A stretch of 64,000 bases of DNA, taken from positions 1,790 through 65,789 of the forward strand of contig CAMFGZ010000023.1 of NCBI GenBank assembly GCA_945952105.1, given 5' to 3'. The notes under the pieces are model-generated. The model was given only the letters and a program-made list of their open reading frames with translations. It was not told where the DNA came from and ran no database searches. Position numbers and translations under genes: made by a program. Shown here one piece after another: positions 55,929-64,000 of the stretch. The DNA comes from an uncultured Rhodospirillaceae bacterium (GTDB taxonomy: Bacteria > Pseudomonadota > Alphaproteobacteria > Reyranellales > Reyranellaceae). The stretch's first letter is position 1. Every line of letters begins with the position of its first letter.

Positions 55929-57754
55929 CGTCTTCCGAACAGCCGCTCGATGTCGGCCAGCTTGAGTTCGACGTAGGTCGGACGGCCATGATTGCACTGT
56001 CCGGAATGCGGTGTCGCCTCCATCTGGCGGAGCAGCGCGTTCATCTCCTCGACCGTGAGACGGCGGCCGGCGCGGACCGATGTATGGCAGGCGAGCGTGC
56101 CGCAGACCTCCTCGACCTTCTCCTTGAGAGAGAGATGATCGCCCATCTCCGCCAGCTCGTCGGCCAGATCGCGGACCAAACCCTGAATGTCGACCTCACC
56201 CAGCACCGCCGGCGTCTCGCGCACGACCACGGCGCCCAGTCCAAACGGTTCCAGCACCAGCCCCATGTCGGCCAGTTCGGCGGCGCGTTGCGTCAGGCGG
56301 CGTGCGCCGTCCTCGCCGATCTCGATGACCTCGGGCAGCAGCAGCGCCTGCCGCTTCACCCCCTCGGCCTCGAGCTGGGTCTTCAACCGCTCATGCACCA
56401 GCCGCTCGTGCGCGGCATGCTGGTCGACGATCACCACGCCCTGGTCGGTCTGCGCCACGATGTAGGTTTCGTGAAGCTGCGCGCGCGCCACGCCCAGCGG
56501 ATAGTTTCCTGTCGCAATGGTCGCGGGCTCAGCCTCGACCCGCGCCGAGAGCCCGTCGAGCGGCGCCATGAACTGCATCGCCGTTTCGGCGAGACCACGC
56601 GGCACCGACGACGAATAGCCGCCGCCGAAACCGCCACGCCCATTGCCACCGCCCATCGGCAAAGGTGTCGCGAAGCCCGTGTGCGGACGGAACGCACCGA
56701 GGGCCGCATCGGACACGGTCGTGCTGGCGCGGTGGCCGGCGGCCGACAGCGCGGTACGCAGGGCGCCGACGATCATGCCACGCACGATGCCGGCATCGCG
56801 GAAGCGCACCTCGGTCTTGGCCGGATGGACATTGACGTCGACCATCTCCGGTGGCGCTTCGAGGAACAGCGCCACCATCGGATGACGGTCGCGCGCCAGG
56901 AAATCCTGGTAGGCGCCGCGCACCGCACCGGCCAGCAGCTTGTCGCGCACCGGGCGGCCGTTGACGAAAAGATACTGGTGCTGGCCTGTCGGGCGGTTGA
57001 GCGTCGGCAGGCCGGCAAAGCCGGTGAGACGGAAGCCCTCGCGGTTGGCGTCGATCGCCACGGCATTGTCGGCGAACTCGCGGCCCATGATGGCGGCCAG
57101 CCGTTCGAGGCGCGCGGCATCGCCCGAGAGCAGCGATGGATTTGCCGCTGCAAGATCGATGAGCGCCCGCTCCTCGCTCTCCAGCCGGAAAGCCACGGTC
57201 GGATGGGCCATGGCGAGCCGGCGCATCGCATCGGCGACATGGCCCGACTCGGTGCGCGGCTCCTTCAGGAATTTCAGTCGCGCGGGGGTGGCAAAAAACA
57301 GCTCGCGCACTTCGACCCTCGTGCCCGGCGGATGCGCGGCGGGCTTCGGCTCGGCCTTGGCGCCGCCGTCGATCTCGAGGCTCCACGCGGTGTCGGCGCC
57401 GGCGGGGCGCGAGGTGATGGTGAAGCGGCTCACCGAGGCGATCGACGGCAACGCCTCGCCGCGAAACCCTAAGGTGCGGATGTCGGTCAGGTCGTCGTCG
57501 GGCAGCTTGGAGGTGCAGTGTCTCTCGACCGCAAGACGCAGCTCGTCGGGCGACATGCCCACGCCGTCATCGACCACGGAGATGAACGTGCGGCCGCCCT
57601 CCTTCAAGGTCACCGCGATACGCCGCGCGCCGGCGTCGAGCGCATTCTCGACCAGCTCCTTCACGGCGCTGGCCGGACGCTCGACGACTTCGCCCGCGGC
57701 AATGCGGTTGACGAGCGTCGACGGCAGGCGTCTCAGGGTGCGGGTGGCGCTCAT
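55925..57754 (-). CDS. mutL: DNA mismatch repair protein MutL
   Basis: [70 protein letters not shown]. Confidence 0.98.
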   Translation of the reverse strand: MSATRTLRRLPSTLVNRIAAGEVVERPASAVKELVENALDAGARRIAVTLKEGGRTFISVVDDGVGMSPDELRLAVERHCTSKLPDDDLTDIRTLGFRGEALPSIASVSRFTITSRPAGADTAWSLEIDGGAKAEPKPAAHPPGTRVEVRELFFATPARLKFLKEPRTESGHVADAMRRLAMAHPTVAFRLESEERALIDLAAANPSLLSGDAARLERLAAIMGREFADNAVAIDANREGFRLTGFAGLPTLNRPTGQHQYLFVNGRPVRDKLLAGAVRGAYQDFLARDRHPMVALFLEAPPEMVDVNVHPAKTEVRFRDAGIVRGMIVGALRTALSAAGHRASTTVSDAALGAFRPHTGFATPLPMGGGNGRGGFGGGYSSSVPRGLAETAMQFMAPLDGLSARVEAEPATIATGNYPLGVARAQLHETYIVAQTDQGVVIVDQHAAHERLVHERLKTQLEAEGVKRQALLLPEVIEIGEDGARRLTQRAAELADMGLVLEPFGLGAVVVRETPAVLGEVDIQGLVRDLADELAEMGDHLSLKEKVEEVCGTLACHTSVRAGRRLTVEEMNALLRQMEATPHSGQCNHGRPTYVELKLADIERLFGRR

Positions 57755-57772
57755 GGCGCCGCCATTTTACGA

Positions 57773-59089
57773 CTAGCGGCCTGTGGATGATACGCGGTCG
57801 GCGAGATACTGGCGGGTCAGGATCTTGCCCTCCTCGACCGCCGGCTGGTCGAAGGCATCGACGCCCAGCAGGTGGGCCGCGAACATCGTCTCCAGCATGT
57901 AATGCATCATCAATGCGCCCATCACCCTTTCGTCGAGTGTGGTGATGCGCATGACCCTCGTCGGGCGGCCGTTCTTGATCAGGGTCGCGGCCGTGGCGTC
58001 GGCCTCGGCCAGCAGCAGGTCGCCCAGCGACTGGTTCGCGAGATAGGCCAGCCCCTTGTCGCCGCCCAGCGCCGCGGGCGGGATCTTCTTGCCCTTCCCG
58101 GCCGTGTCGAGGATCAGCACCGTGAACATCTTGTCCGGCGCGCCGCCGAGATAAAGCTGGAGCTGGCTGTGCTGGTCGACGGTGCCCATGGCGCGCACCG
58201 GCGTGGTGCCGTTGCCGCCCTTGCCCAGGCTCTCGGCCCAGAGCTGACGATACCAGAAGCCGAAATATCCCAGCCGGTCGCAATAGGGCATCAGCACCGT
58301 GGTGCCGATGCCGCGTTCCCTGGCGAGGCCCACCGACAGCGCCGCCCCGACGGCCGGCGCCAGATTGCGGGCGTCGCTGGCTTCCAGCACCGGATCGAGC
58401 ACGCTCGCGGCACCTTCACGGATCGCGCCGACATCGAGCCCGGCGATCATGGCGGGCAGCAGCCCGACCAGCGACAGGACCGAGAAGCGTCCGCCGACCT
58501 TGGGATCGTGATCGAGGATCGGGCAGCCGATGCGGCCGGCGAGACGGCCGAGCGCATTGTCGCTGGGCTCGGTGATGGCGATGACGTGCCCGGCGATCTT
58601 GTCCTTGCCGACCTTGGCCTCGAACTCCGGCAGCAGGCTCAGGAACTGCGTCAGCGTCTCGGCGGTCGTGCCGGACTTCGAGATGACGATCAGGCCCGTC
58701 CGCGCCAGCGGCAGGCGGGCGACGAGTTCGGCGAACGTCGAGGGATCGACATTGTCCATGAACCACAGTTTCGGGCGTCCGTTCTTGGGACCGAATCCCT
58801 GGTCCTCGAGCGCAACCAGCGTCTGGCCGCCGAGGCTCGATCCACCGGTGCCCAGCACGATGACATGGTCGAATTTTGCGAAGCGCTCGGCATGCGGCTT
58901 CAGCAGCGCGAGGTCGTCGCGGGCGCCGGGCAAGCTGAGCAGCGGCAGCGTGCCGTCGGCCTTCCACTGCCGGAACTTGTCGAGCGCGGCCGAAGCGCGC
59001 GCGATCTCGCGATCGAGCGCAGCCTGAGGCAGGCCGCTCTTGCCGACCTTGCTCTCAAGGGCATCTTCGATCACGTGGCTGTAGAACAT
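57773..59089 (-). CDS. pgi: Glucose-6-phosphate isomerase (short, ~440-aa type)
   Basis: GTGGSSLG, ISKSGTTAET, VGGRFSVLS, QLWAESLGK, G..DQHSQLQLY, AFDQPAVEEGK. Confidence 0.93.
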   Translation of the reverse strand: MFYSHVIEDALESKVGKSGLPQAALDREIARASAALDKFRQWKADGTLPLLSLPGARDDLALLKPHAERFAKFDHVIVLGTGGSSLGGQTLVALEDQGFGPKNGRPKLWFMDNVDPSTFAELVARLPLARTGLIVISKSGTTAETLTQFLSLLPEFEAKVGKDKIAGHVIAITEPSDNALGRLAGRIGCPILDHDPKVGGRFSVLSLVGLLPAMIAGLDVGAIREGAASVLDPVLEASDARNLAPAVGAALSVGLARERGIGTTVLMPYCDRLGYFGFWYRQLWAESLGKGGNGTTPVRAMGTVDQHSQLQLYLGGAPDKMFTVLILDTAGKGKKIPPAALGGDKGLAYLANQSLGDLLLAEADATAATLIKNGRPTRVMRITTLDERVMGALMMHYMLETMFAAHLLGVDAFDQPAVEEGKILTRQYLADRVSSTGR

Positions 59090-59100
59090 GCGAACTCCCA

Positions 59101-60426
59101 CTAGGGTTCAGGCGTGACGCCGACCGGCTTGCCGACCACGACGGTGGTCAGGATGTCGTCGCGCAAAAGGCGCCGCGCGACCTTGCGAACGTCCGCGAGC
59201 TTGACCGCCGCGATCAGCGACGCGCGGCGCGTCAGGTGATCGGGCGAGAGGCCATCGATCTGCATGGAATGGAGCAGGCCTGCGATCGACCCCGAGGAAT
59301 CGAGCGACAGGGCCAACGCGCCCGTCAGGTAGGTCCTGGCGTCGGTCAGCTCGGCCTCGGTGATGCCTTCGCTGCGCATCCGGGCCATCTCGGCCCGGAT
59401 CACCTTGATCGCCTCGGCGACGCGCTCATTGGCACTGCCGGTCGACATCACCAGCAACGCGGCGCGTTTGTAGGTGCGCAGACCGCTCGACACGCTGTAG
59501 GCCAGGCCGCGCTTCTCGCGCACCTCGTTGAACAGCCGCGATTGCTGGCCGCCGCCGCCCAGCACATGGTTCATGACCAGCGCCGCATACCATTCGGGAT
59601 CGTCGCGCGGGATGCCGGGGAGTGCCATCACGGCGGTGCTCTGCGGCACCGGCCGCTCGACGACGACGGTGCGCGACAGGGTCGGCGGCACCCATTCCGG
59701 CGGCAGCGCCGGCGGCGTGCCGGTCGGCAGCACGCCGAACGAACGGTCGAGCTGGCGCGCCAGTTCCGCCTCGCCGATGTCGCCCACGACCGCGACGATC
59801 AGACTGTTGCGCAGCAGGAGTTCGGCGGCGCGCTTCTTCAACAGATCCGGCGTGACGGAAGCGAGGCCTTCCGGCGTGCCGTCGGGATCGGCGGCATAGG
59901 GATGGCCGGCGAACAGCGTCTCCATCAAGGTGCGGCTTGCCACCGAGCCCGGACGCTGCGCGGCCTGGTTCAGGCCCGCGATCGTCTGCGCGCGGCGCTG
60001 CGCCAGCATGTCGAGATCGAAACGCGGCTCTGTCATGGCGAGCCGCAGCAACTCGAAACCCTCGTCGCGATTGGCCGACAGCACGCGCAGCGAGCCGGTC
60101 AGCCGGTCGAGCGAGGCATTGAAGCCGAGCGAGGCGGCGGCATCTTCCTGGCGCTGGCGGAAGGCCTGCGCATCCATCGCGCCCGCGCCGTCGGTCAGCA
60201 GGCCGGCCATCAGGTCGGTGATGCCGGCCTGCCCGGCCGGATCGGTCGCGGTGCCGCCGGAGAAGGAGAAGGACAGAGCCACCACAGGCGCGCTCTTGTC
60301 CTCGACCAGCCAGGCCTTGATGCCGAGCGGCGTCGTGATTTCCTTGATCTCGATGGCAGCCGCCATTCCCGGAACGAGGACGACGAGGGCCGCCAGGGCA
60401 ACCGCAAGCAGGCGCAGAGGCTTCAT
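59101..60426 (-). CDS. M16 family peptidase, inactive (beta-like) subunit
   Basis: Signal peptide, GIKAWLVED, no HxxEH, GGG..SRLF.EVREKRGLAYSV. Confidence 0.9.
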   Translation of the reverse strand: MKPLRLLAVALAALVVLVPGMAAAIEIKEITTPLGIKAWLVEDKSAPVVALSFSFSGGTATDPAGQAGITDLMAGLLTDGAGAMDAQAFRQRQEDAAASLGFNASLDRLTGSLRVLSANRDEGFELLRLAMTEPRFDLDMLAQRRAQTIAGLNQAAQRPGSVASRTLMETLFAGHPYAADPDGTPEGLASVTPDLLKKRAAELLLRNSLIVAVVGDIGEAELARQLDRSFGVLPTGTPPALPPEWVPPTLSRTVVVERPVPQSTAVMALPGIPRDDPEWYAALVMNHVLGGGGQQSRLFNEVREKRGLAYSVSSGLRTYKRAALLVMSTGSANERVAEAIKVIRAEMARMRSEGITEAELTDARTYLTGALALSLDSSGSIAGLLHSMQIDGLSPDHLTRRASLIAAVKLADVRKVARRLLRDDILTTVVVGKPVGVTPEP

Positions 60427-61799
60427 CGGCCGCCCTCGGCCGGCGTGAGCAGCGCCGTGACCGCACCGTCGTCGCGCCAGACATGACGGGCGGCGGCCAC
60501 GACGTCGTCCGGCGTGACGGCGGCGATCCGCTCAGGCCAGGCATCGACATCGGCCACGGTGCTGCCCGTGCTCAGCGCGGTGCCGTAGATGCGCGGGCCG
60601 CTGGCGAGCGAATCCTGCGAATAGATGGCGGCCGCCAGCAGCTGGTTCTGCGCGCGTTCAACTTCCTCAGCCGTGACGCCGCCATCGAGCAGCTTCTTCA
60701 TCTCCGCCGCCACTGCCTCCTCGACATCGGACACACTGCGCGACTTCGCGGGATGCACGCCGATGTCGAAAGACGTGAGGCCGAGGCTCGACGGGTTGTA
60801 TGAAGCATAGGCCGAGAGGCCGACCTTGCGTTCGTTCACGAGAACCTTCGACAGACGGCTGGTCTCGGTGCCGCCGAACAGCCGCGCCAGAACCTGCAGC
60901 GCGTAGGCGTACTTCGTCTCGCCCACGCGATAGGACGGCGCCAGCCACAGTTTCGACCAGCGCGGCTCGACGACGCGAGCATCGGCGCGGACCACCTTCT
61001 GCGGCAGGTCCGTGCCACCCTGCGACGGCCGCGTCCGCGGCTCGGTCCTGCGCCGCCCAATCGGACCGTAATAGCGCTCGGCGAGCTTGTGCACCTGCTC
61101 CGGCGTGGTATCGCCGGCCACGATCAGGATCGCATTGTTCGGCGCATAGTGGCGGCGATAGAAGGCGAGCAGGTCGTTGACACCGAGCTTCCTGATGTCG
61201 TCGGGATAGCCGATCACCGGCATGGCATAGGGCTTGTGCCGCCCGTAGAGCTGCTCGCGCACCGCCTCGTCGAGCAGCGACGACGGCACGTTGTCGGTGC
61301 GCATGCGGCGTTCCTCGAGGATGACCTGGCGCTCCGGCACGATCTCGCGCTCGGTGATGTGCACATTGGTCATGCGGTCGGCCTCCATCCGCATCACCAG
61401 CTCGAGTTGCTCGGCGGCGATGGTCTGGTGGTACCCCGTGGAATCGAAGGTCGTGTAGGCGTTGTCTCGGCCGCCGTTGCGCGAGACGATGCGCGAGAAC
61501 TCTCCGGCCGGCACCTTGTCGGTGCCCTTGAACATCATGTGTTCGAGGAAGTGCGCGGCGCCGGTGTGGCCGAAGGTCTCGTCGGCACTGCCGACATTGT
61601 AGACCACGACCTGGGTGACGATCGGCGCGCGGCGCGACGGCAGCACGATAGCCTGAAGGCCGTTCGCGAGGGTGAACGTCTCGGCGTTCCGCCGGCCCAC
61701 GGCGAAGAGTTTCGCGAGCGCCGGTGCGGGCGGGATCGCCGCGCCGGCAAGAAGGCCGCCGAGCAGGGCGCGGCGGCCGAGGAGCGGGATCGAACTCAG
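60423..61799 (-). CDS. M16 family peptidase, catalytic subunit (start proposed at CTG 61799; ORF track starts at GTG 61700)
   Basis: TLANGL, VGSADE, GAAHFLEHMMFKGT (HxxEH), NAYTT.D.T.Y, EERRMR. The in-frame upstream extension encodes the GRRALL Tat-like signal. Confidence 0.88.
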   Translation of the reverse strand: MSSIPLLGRRALLGGLLAGAAIPPAPALAKLFAVGRRNAETFTLANGLQAIVLPSRRAPIVTQVVVYNVGSADETFGHTGAAHFLEHMMFKGTDKVPAGEFSRIVSRNGGRDNAYTTFDSTGYHQTIAAEQLELVMRMEADRMTNVHITEREIVPERQVILEERRMRTDNVPSSLLDEAVREQLYGRHKPYAMPVIGYPDDIRKLGVNDLLAFYRRHYAPNNAILIVAGDTTPEQVHKLAERYYGPIGRRRTEPRTRPSQGGTDLPQKVVRADARVVEPRWSKLWLAPSYRVGETKYAYALQVLARLFGGTETSRLSKVLVNERKVGLSAYASYNPSSLGLTSFDIGVHPAKSRSVSDVEEAVAAEMKKLLDGGVTAEEVERAQNQLLAAAIYSQDSLASGPRIYGTALSTGSTVADVDAWPERIAAVTPDDVVAAARHVWRDDGAVTALLTPAEGGR

Positions 61800-62380
61800 A
61801 AGATGCCTTCGAGCAGGCCGCGCTTGCGGCGCGTGATCGTCGGGGTCGGCCCCGAGGCCGGCTGGCCCGCCGCCTGGGAATCGCGGATGCGCTGCTGTTC
61901 CTTGGCCGGATCGACGAGCACGCCCGGCGGCGGCGACTCCTGCCAGAAGATCAGGCTGTCGAGGAACGACTTGTCGCTGTCGCCCATCGTCTTGGTGTCC
62001 TTGTTGACCTGCCCGCGGATGTTGGGGTCGATGCCGCCCTGGCCGGCACGGGCGACCAGCGCTTGTTCGGAACTGCTGCCCGAGCGGGCCGCGTCGGGGC
62101 CGCCATTGACGCGGGCCTGGGTGCGACCCGCCAGCGCCGGCGACAGCGCTTCCTTGGCCTGGTCGGCCGGCGTCACTTCCTGTGGACGCGGCTCGCCCGG
62201 CCGCGGCGGGCGAAGTTCGGCGTTCGGCGGCATGGTCAGCGGCGAGTGCGAGACGATCTTGAACTCGTCCGGCGACACCTTCTTGCCGCCGCCGAGATTC
62301 TCGAAAGCGCCACAGCCGCCGAGGGCGAGCGTGCTGCAGGCCAGGAGGGCCAACGGAATCGGGAGGAGAATCGGTTTCAT
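61796..62380 (-). CDS. DUF3035 family lipoprotein
   Basis: Lipobox LGGC, PDEF..V...PL.MPP...L.PP.PG..RPQ. Confidence 0.88.
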   Translation of the reverse strand: MKPILLPIPLALLACSTLALGGCGAFENLGGGKKVSPDEFKIVSHSPLTMPPNAELRPPRPGEPRPQEVTPADQAKEALSPALAGRTQARVNGGPDAARSGSSSEQALVARAGQGGIDPNIRGQVNKDTKTMGDSDKSFLDSLIFWQESPPPGVLVDPAKEQQRIRDSQAAGQPASGPTPTITRRKRGLLEGIF

Positions 62381-62425
62381 CGTCCGTCCTTGGTAGTGAG
62401 CTTTTGTGCGCCGATCATGGCCGCT

Positions 62426-62908
62426 TCAGGGCGTCCGCTTCTTCTCGACCAGCAGCGAGTCGACGAGCATCAGTCCAACGCCGACGACAATCGCCGCGTC
62501 GGCCACGTTGAACGCCGGCCAGTGCCACTGCCCTATGTGGAAATCGGCGAAATCGAACACCGCTCCCCACCGGGCACGGTCGATAACATTGCCGATGGCT
62601 CCCCCCATGACAAGGCCGATGCCCCATCCTGTCAGGGGACGATCGGTCCGGCGCAGCCAGAGGAAAAGTCCGATGCAGACGGCAATCGCCACGCCCGAAA
62701 GAACCCAGGGAGGCACCGCCTGGTCGCCCCCCAGAAGGCCGAAGCTCACGCCGCGGTTCCAGACGATGACCAGCCGGAAGAATCCGTCGATCACCGGCAC
62801 GATGGCGCCGGCCTTGAGCAGGAAGCCCAGCAGCAGCTGCTTGGAGACCTGGTCCGCCACGAGGGTGGCGGCCAGCAGCATCATGGCCTGTCGATCGATC
62901 GGCCTCAT
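62426..62908 (-). CDS. lspA: Lipoprotein signal peptidase II
   Basis: ATG 62908; DQVSK, VWNRGVSFG, GGAIGNVIDR, V.DF, WPAFNVADAAI. Confidence 0.96.
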   Translation of the reverse strand: MRPIDRQAMMLLAATLVADQVSKQLLLGFLLKAGAIVPVIDGFFRLVIVWNRGVSFGLLGGDQAVPPWVLSGVAIAVCIGLFLWLRRTDRPLTGWGIGLVMGGAIGNVIDRARWGAVFDFADFHIGQWHWPAFNVADAAIVVGVGLMLVDSLLVEKKRTP

Positions 62909-64000
62909 GCCGAAACCGCGTCTTCGCACCGCAGGCAGAGCAGCGGATGGGCCGTCGACTTGCCCACCTCCTCCAGCACCTGCCAGCAGCGGGCGCACTT
63001 CGTGCCCTGGGCGAGACTTGGGACGACAGCGACACCGGCCACGTCGGGCAAGGTGAAGGCGCCGGCCGGCGCCTCGCCCTCAACCAGTGCGCCGCCGGAC
63101 GTGATGCAGATCTCGCTGAGGTCGAGGCCTTCAAACGCCTTGAGATACTCCGGCGCGACGTGGACGTGCGGCGAGGCCTGGAGGCTGGAACCGATGCGCT
63201 TCTCGGCACGCTCGAGTTCCAGGGCGCCGGTCACCACGCGGCGCAGGGCGCGAACGGTCTTCCACTTCTCGCCAAGTGCCGCATCGAGCCACGCCGCCGG
63301 GATGATGGGATAGAGGCGCAGATGAACGCTCTCGGCCTTGCCGTCAGGCATGTCGCCGGGACGCGCGAGCCAGGCTTCCTCGGCCGTGAAGCAGGTGATC
63401 GGCGCCAGCCACGCGGTCAGGAACGAGAAGACCTCCGCCATGACGGTGCGTGCCGCGCGGCGGCGCCGGGTGCCGGCGGCGTCGCAGTAGATCGAGTCCT
63501 TGCGGATGTCGAAGTAGAAGGCCGAGAGATCGACGGCGCAGAAATTGTGAAGCTCCGTCGCGATCGTATGGAAGTCGTAATCATCGACTGCCCGGCGCAG
63601 CACCGTGTCGAGCTCGGCCAGGCGATGCAGCACCCAGCGCTCCAGCTCCGGCATGTCGGCACGGCCTACCGTCTCGTCCGACGAGTAGCCTTCGAGGCTG
63701 CCCAGCAGGTAGCGCAGCGTATTGCGCAGGCGGCGATAGGCTTCGGCCTGGTGCTTCAGGATCTCCGGTCCGATGCGCTGGTCCTCGGTGTAGTCGGTGC
63801 CGACCACCCAGAGACGCAGGATGTCGGCACCGTACTGGTCGCAGACCGCCTGGGGCGCCGTGATGTTGCCCAGCGACTTCGACATCTTGCGGCCCTGCTC
63901 GTCGAGCGTGAAGCCGTGCGTCAGCACGCCGTCATAGGGCGCGCGACCGCGCGTGCCGCAGCTTTCGAGCAGCGAGGAATGGAACCAGCCGCGATGCTGG
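62905..64000 (-). CDS. ileS: Isoleucyl-tRNA synthetase (3' part; runs off the right edge)
   Basis: QHRGWFHSSLL, LTHGF.LDE.GRKMSKSLGN, GADILRLWV, FYFDI.KD.IYC, C-terminal Zn-finger KCARCW...LC.RC. Confidence 0.97.
   Translation of the reverse strand, partial: QHRGWFHSSLLESCGTRGRAPYDGVLTHGFTLDEQGRKMSKSLGNITAPQAVCDQYGADILRLWVVGTDYTEDQRIGPEILKHQAEAYRRLRNTLRYLLGSLEGYSSDETVGRADMPELERWVLHRLAELDTVLRRAVDDYDFHTIATELHNFCAVDLSAFYFDIRKDSIYCDAAGTRRRRAARTVMAEVFSFLTAWLAPITCFTAEEAWLARPGDMPDGKAESVHLRLYPIIPAAWLDAALGEKWKTVRALRRVVTGALELERAEKRIGSSLQASPHVHVAPEYLKAFEGLDLSEICITSGGALVEGEAPAGAFTLPDVAGVAVVPSLAQGTKCARCWQVLEEVGKSTAHPLLCLRCEDAVSA

Overview
A 64-kb, GC-rich, densely coding chromosomal window from an alphaproteobacterium (Reyranella-like by gene content and repeat style; the taxon is an inference). 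Positions 1-19.5 kb hold an aerobic (late cobalt insertion) cobalamin cluster. It runs bluB(partial)-cobB-cobA-cobM-cobE-cobL, an inverted cobK, cobJ-cobI-cobH-cobG-cobN-cobW-DUF1636-hupE/ureJ (behind a cobalamin riboswitch), a second divergent hupE/ureJ paralogue, then cobO-cobQ, cobD(cbiB) and cobC. Next come a Tat-exported sulfatase-family enzyme coupled to cobC, selO, an HDAC-family deacetylase, two outer-membrane barrels (one MnoP-like) and a class III adenylate cyclase. These are followed by an AccA-like ABC importer and a putative catabolic locus (enolase-superfamily enzyme / MDR ene-reductase, family III CoA-transferase, PRISE-type SDR, TRAP transporter, HutD, PanE-like, ModA-like). 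The right end is mostly housekeeping (tadA, RluB-type synthase, rsmD, MATE, mutL, pgi, M16 peptidase pair, DUF3035, lspA, partial ileS). I found no tRNA, rRNA, CRISPR array, transposase or prophage. The most notable unexplained signals are: (1) a three-copy ~80-90 bp intergenic element with covarying tri-loop hairpins that always starts at a TAG stop; (2) a His-depleted HupE/UreJ paralogue with a near-identical promoter but an operator palindrome instead of a riboswitch; (3) an operon pairing two unrelated ene-reductases with a CoA-transferase and TRAP importer; (4) a probable CTG start codon that restores a Tat signal on an M16 peptidase; (5) a one-base frameshift at the 5' end of a GFA gene. 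All family assignments come from manual motif reading and recalled family features. No database searches were run.
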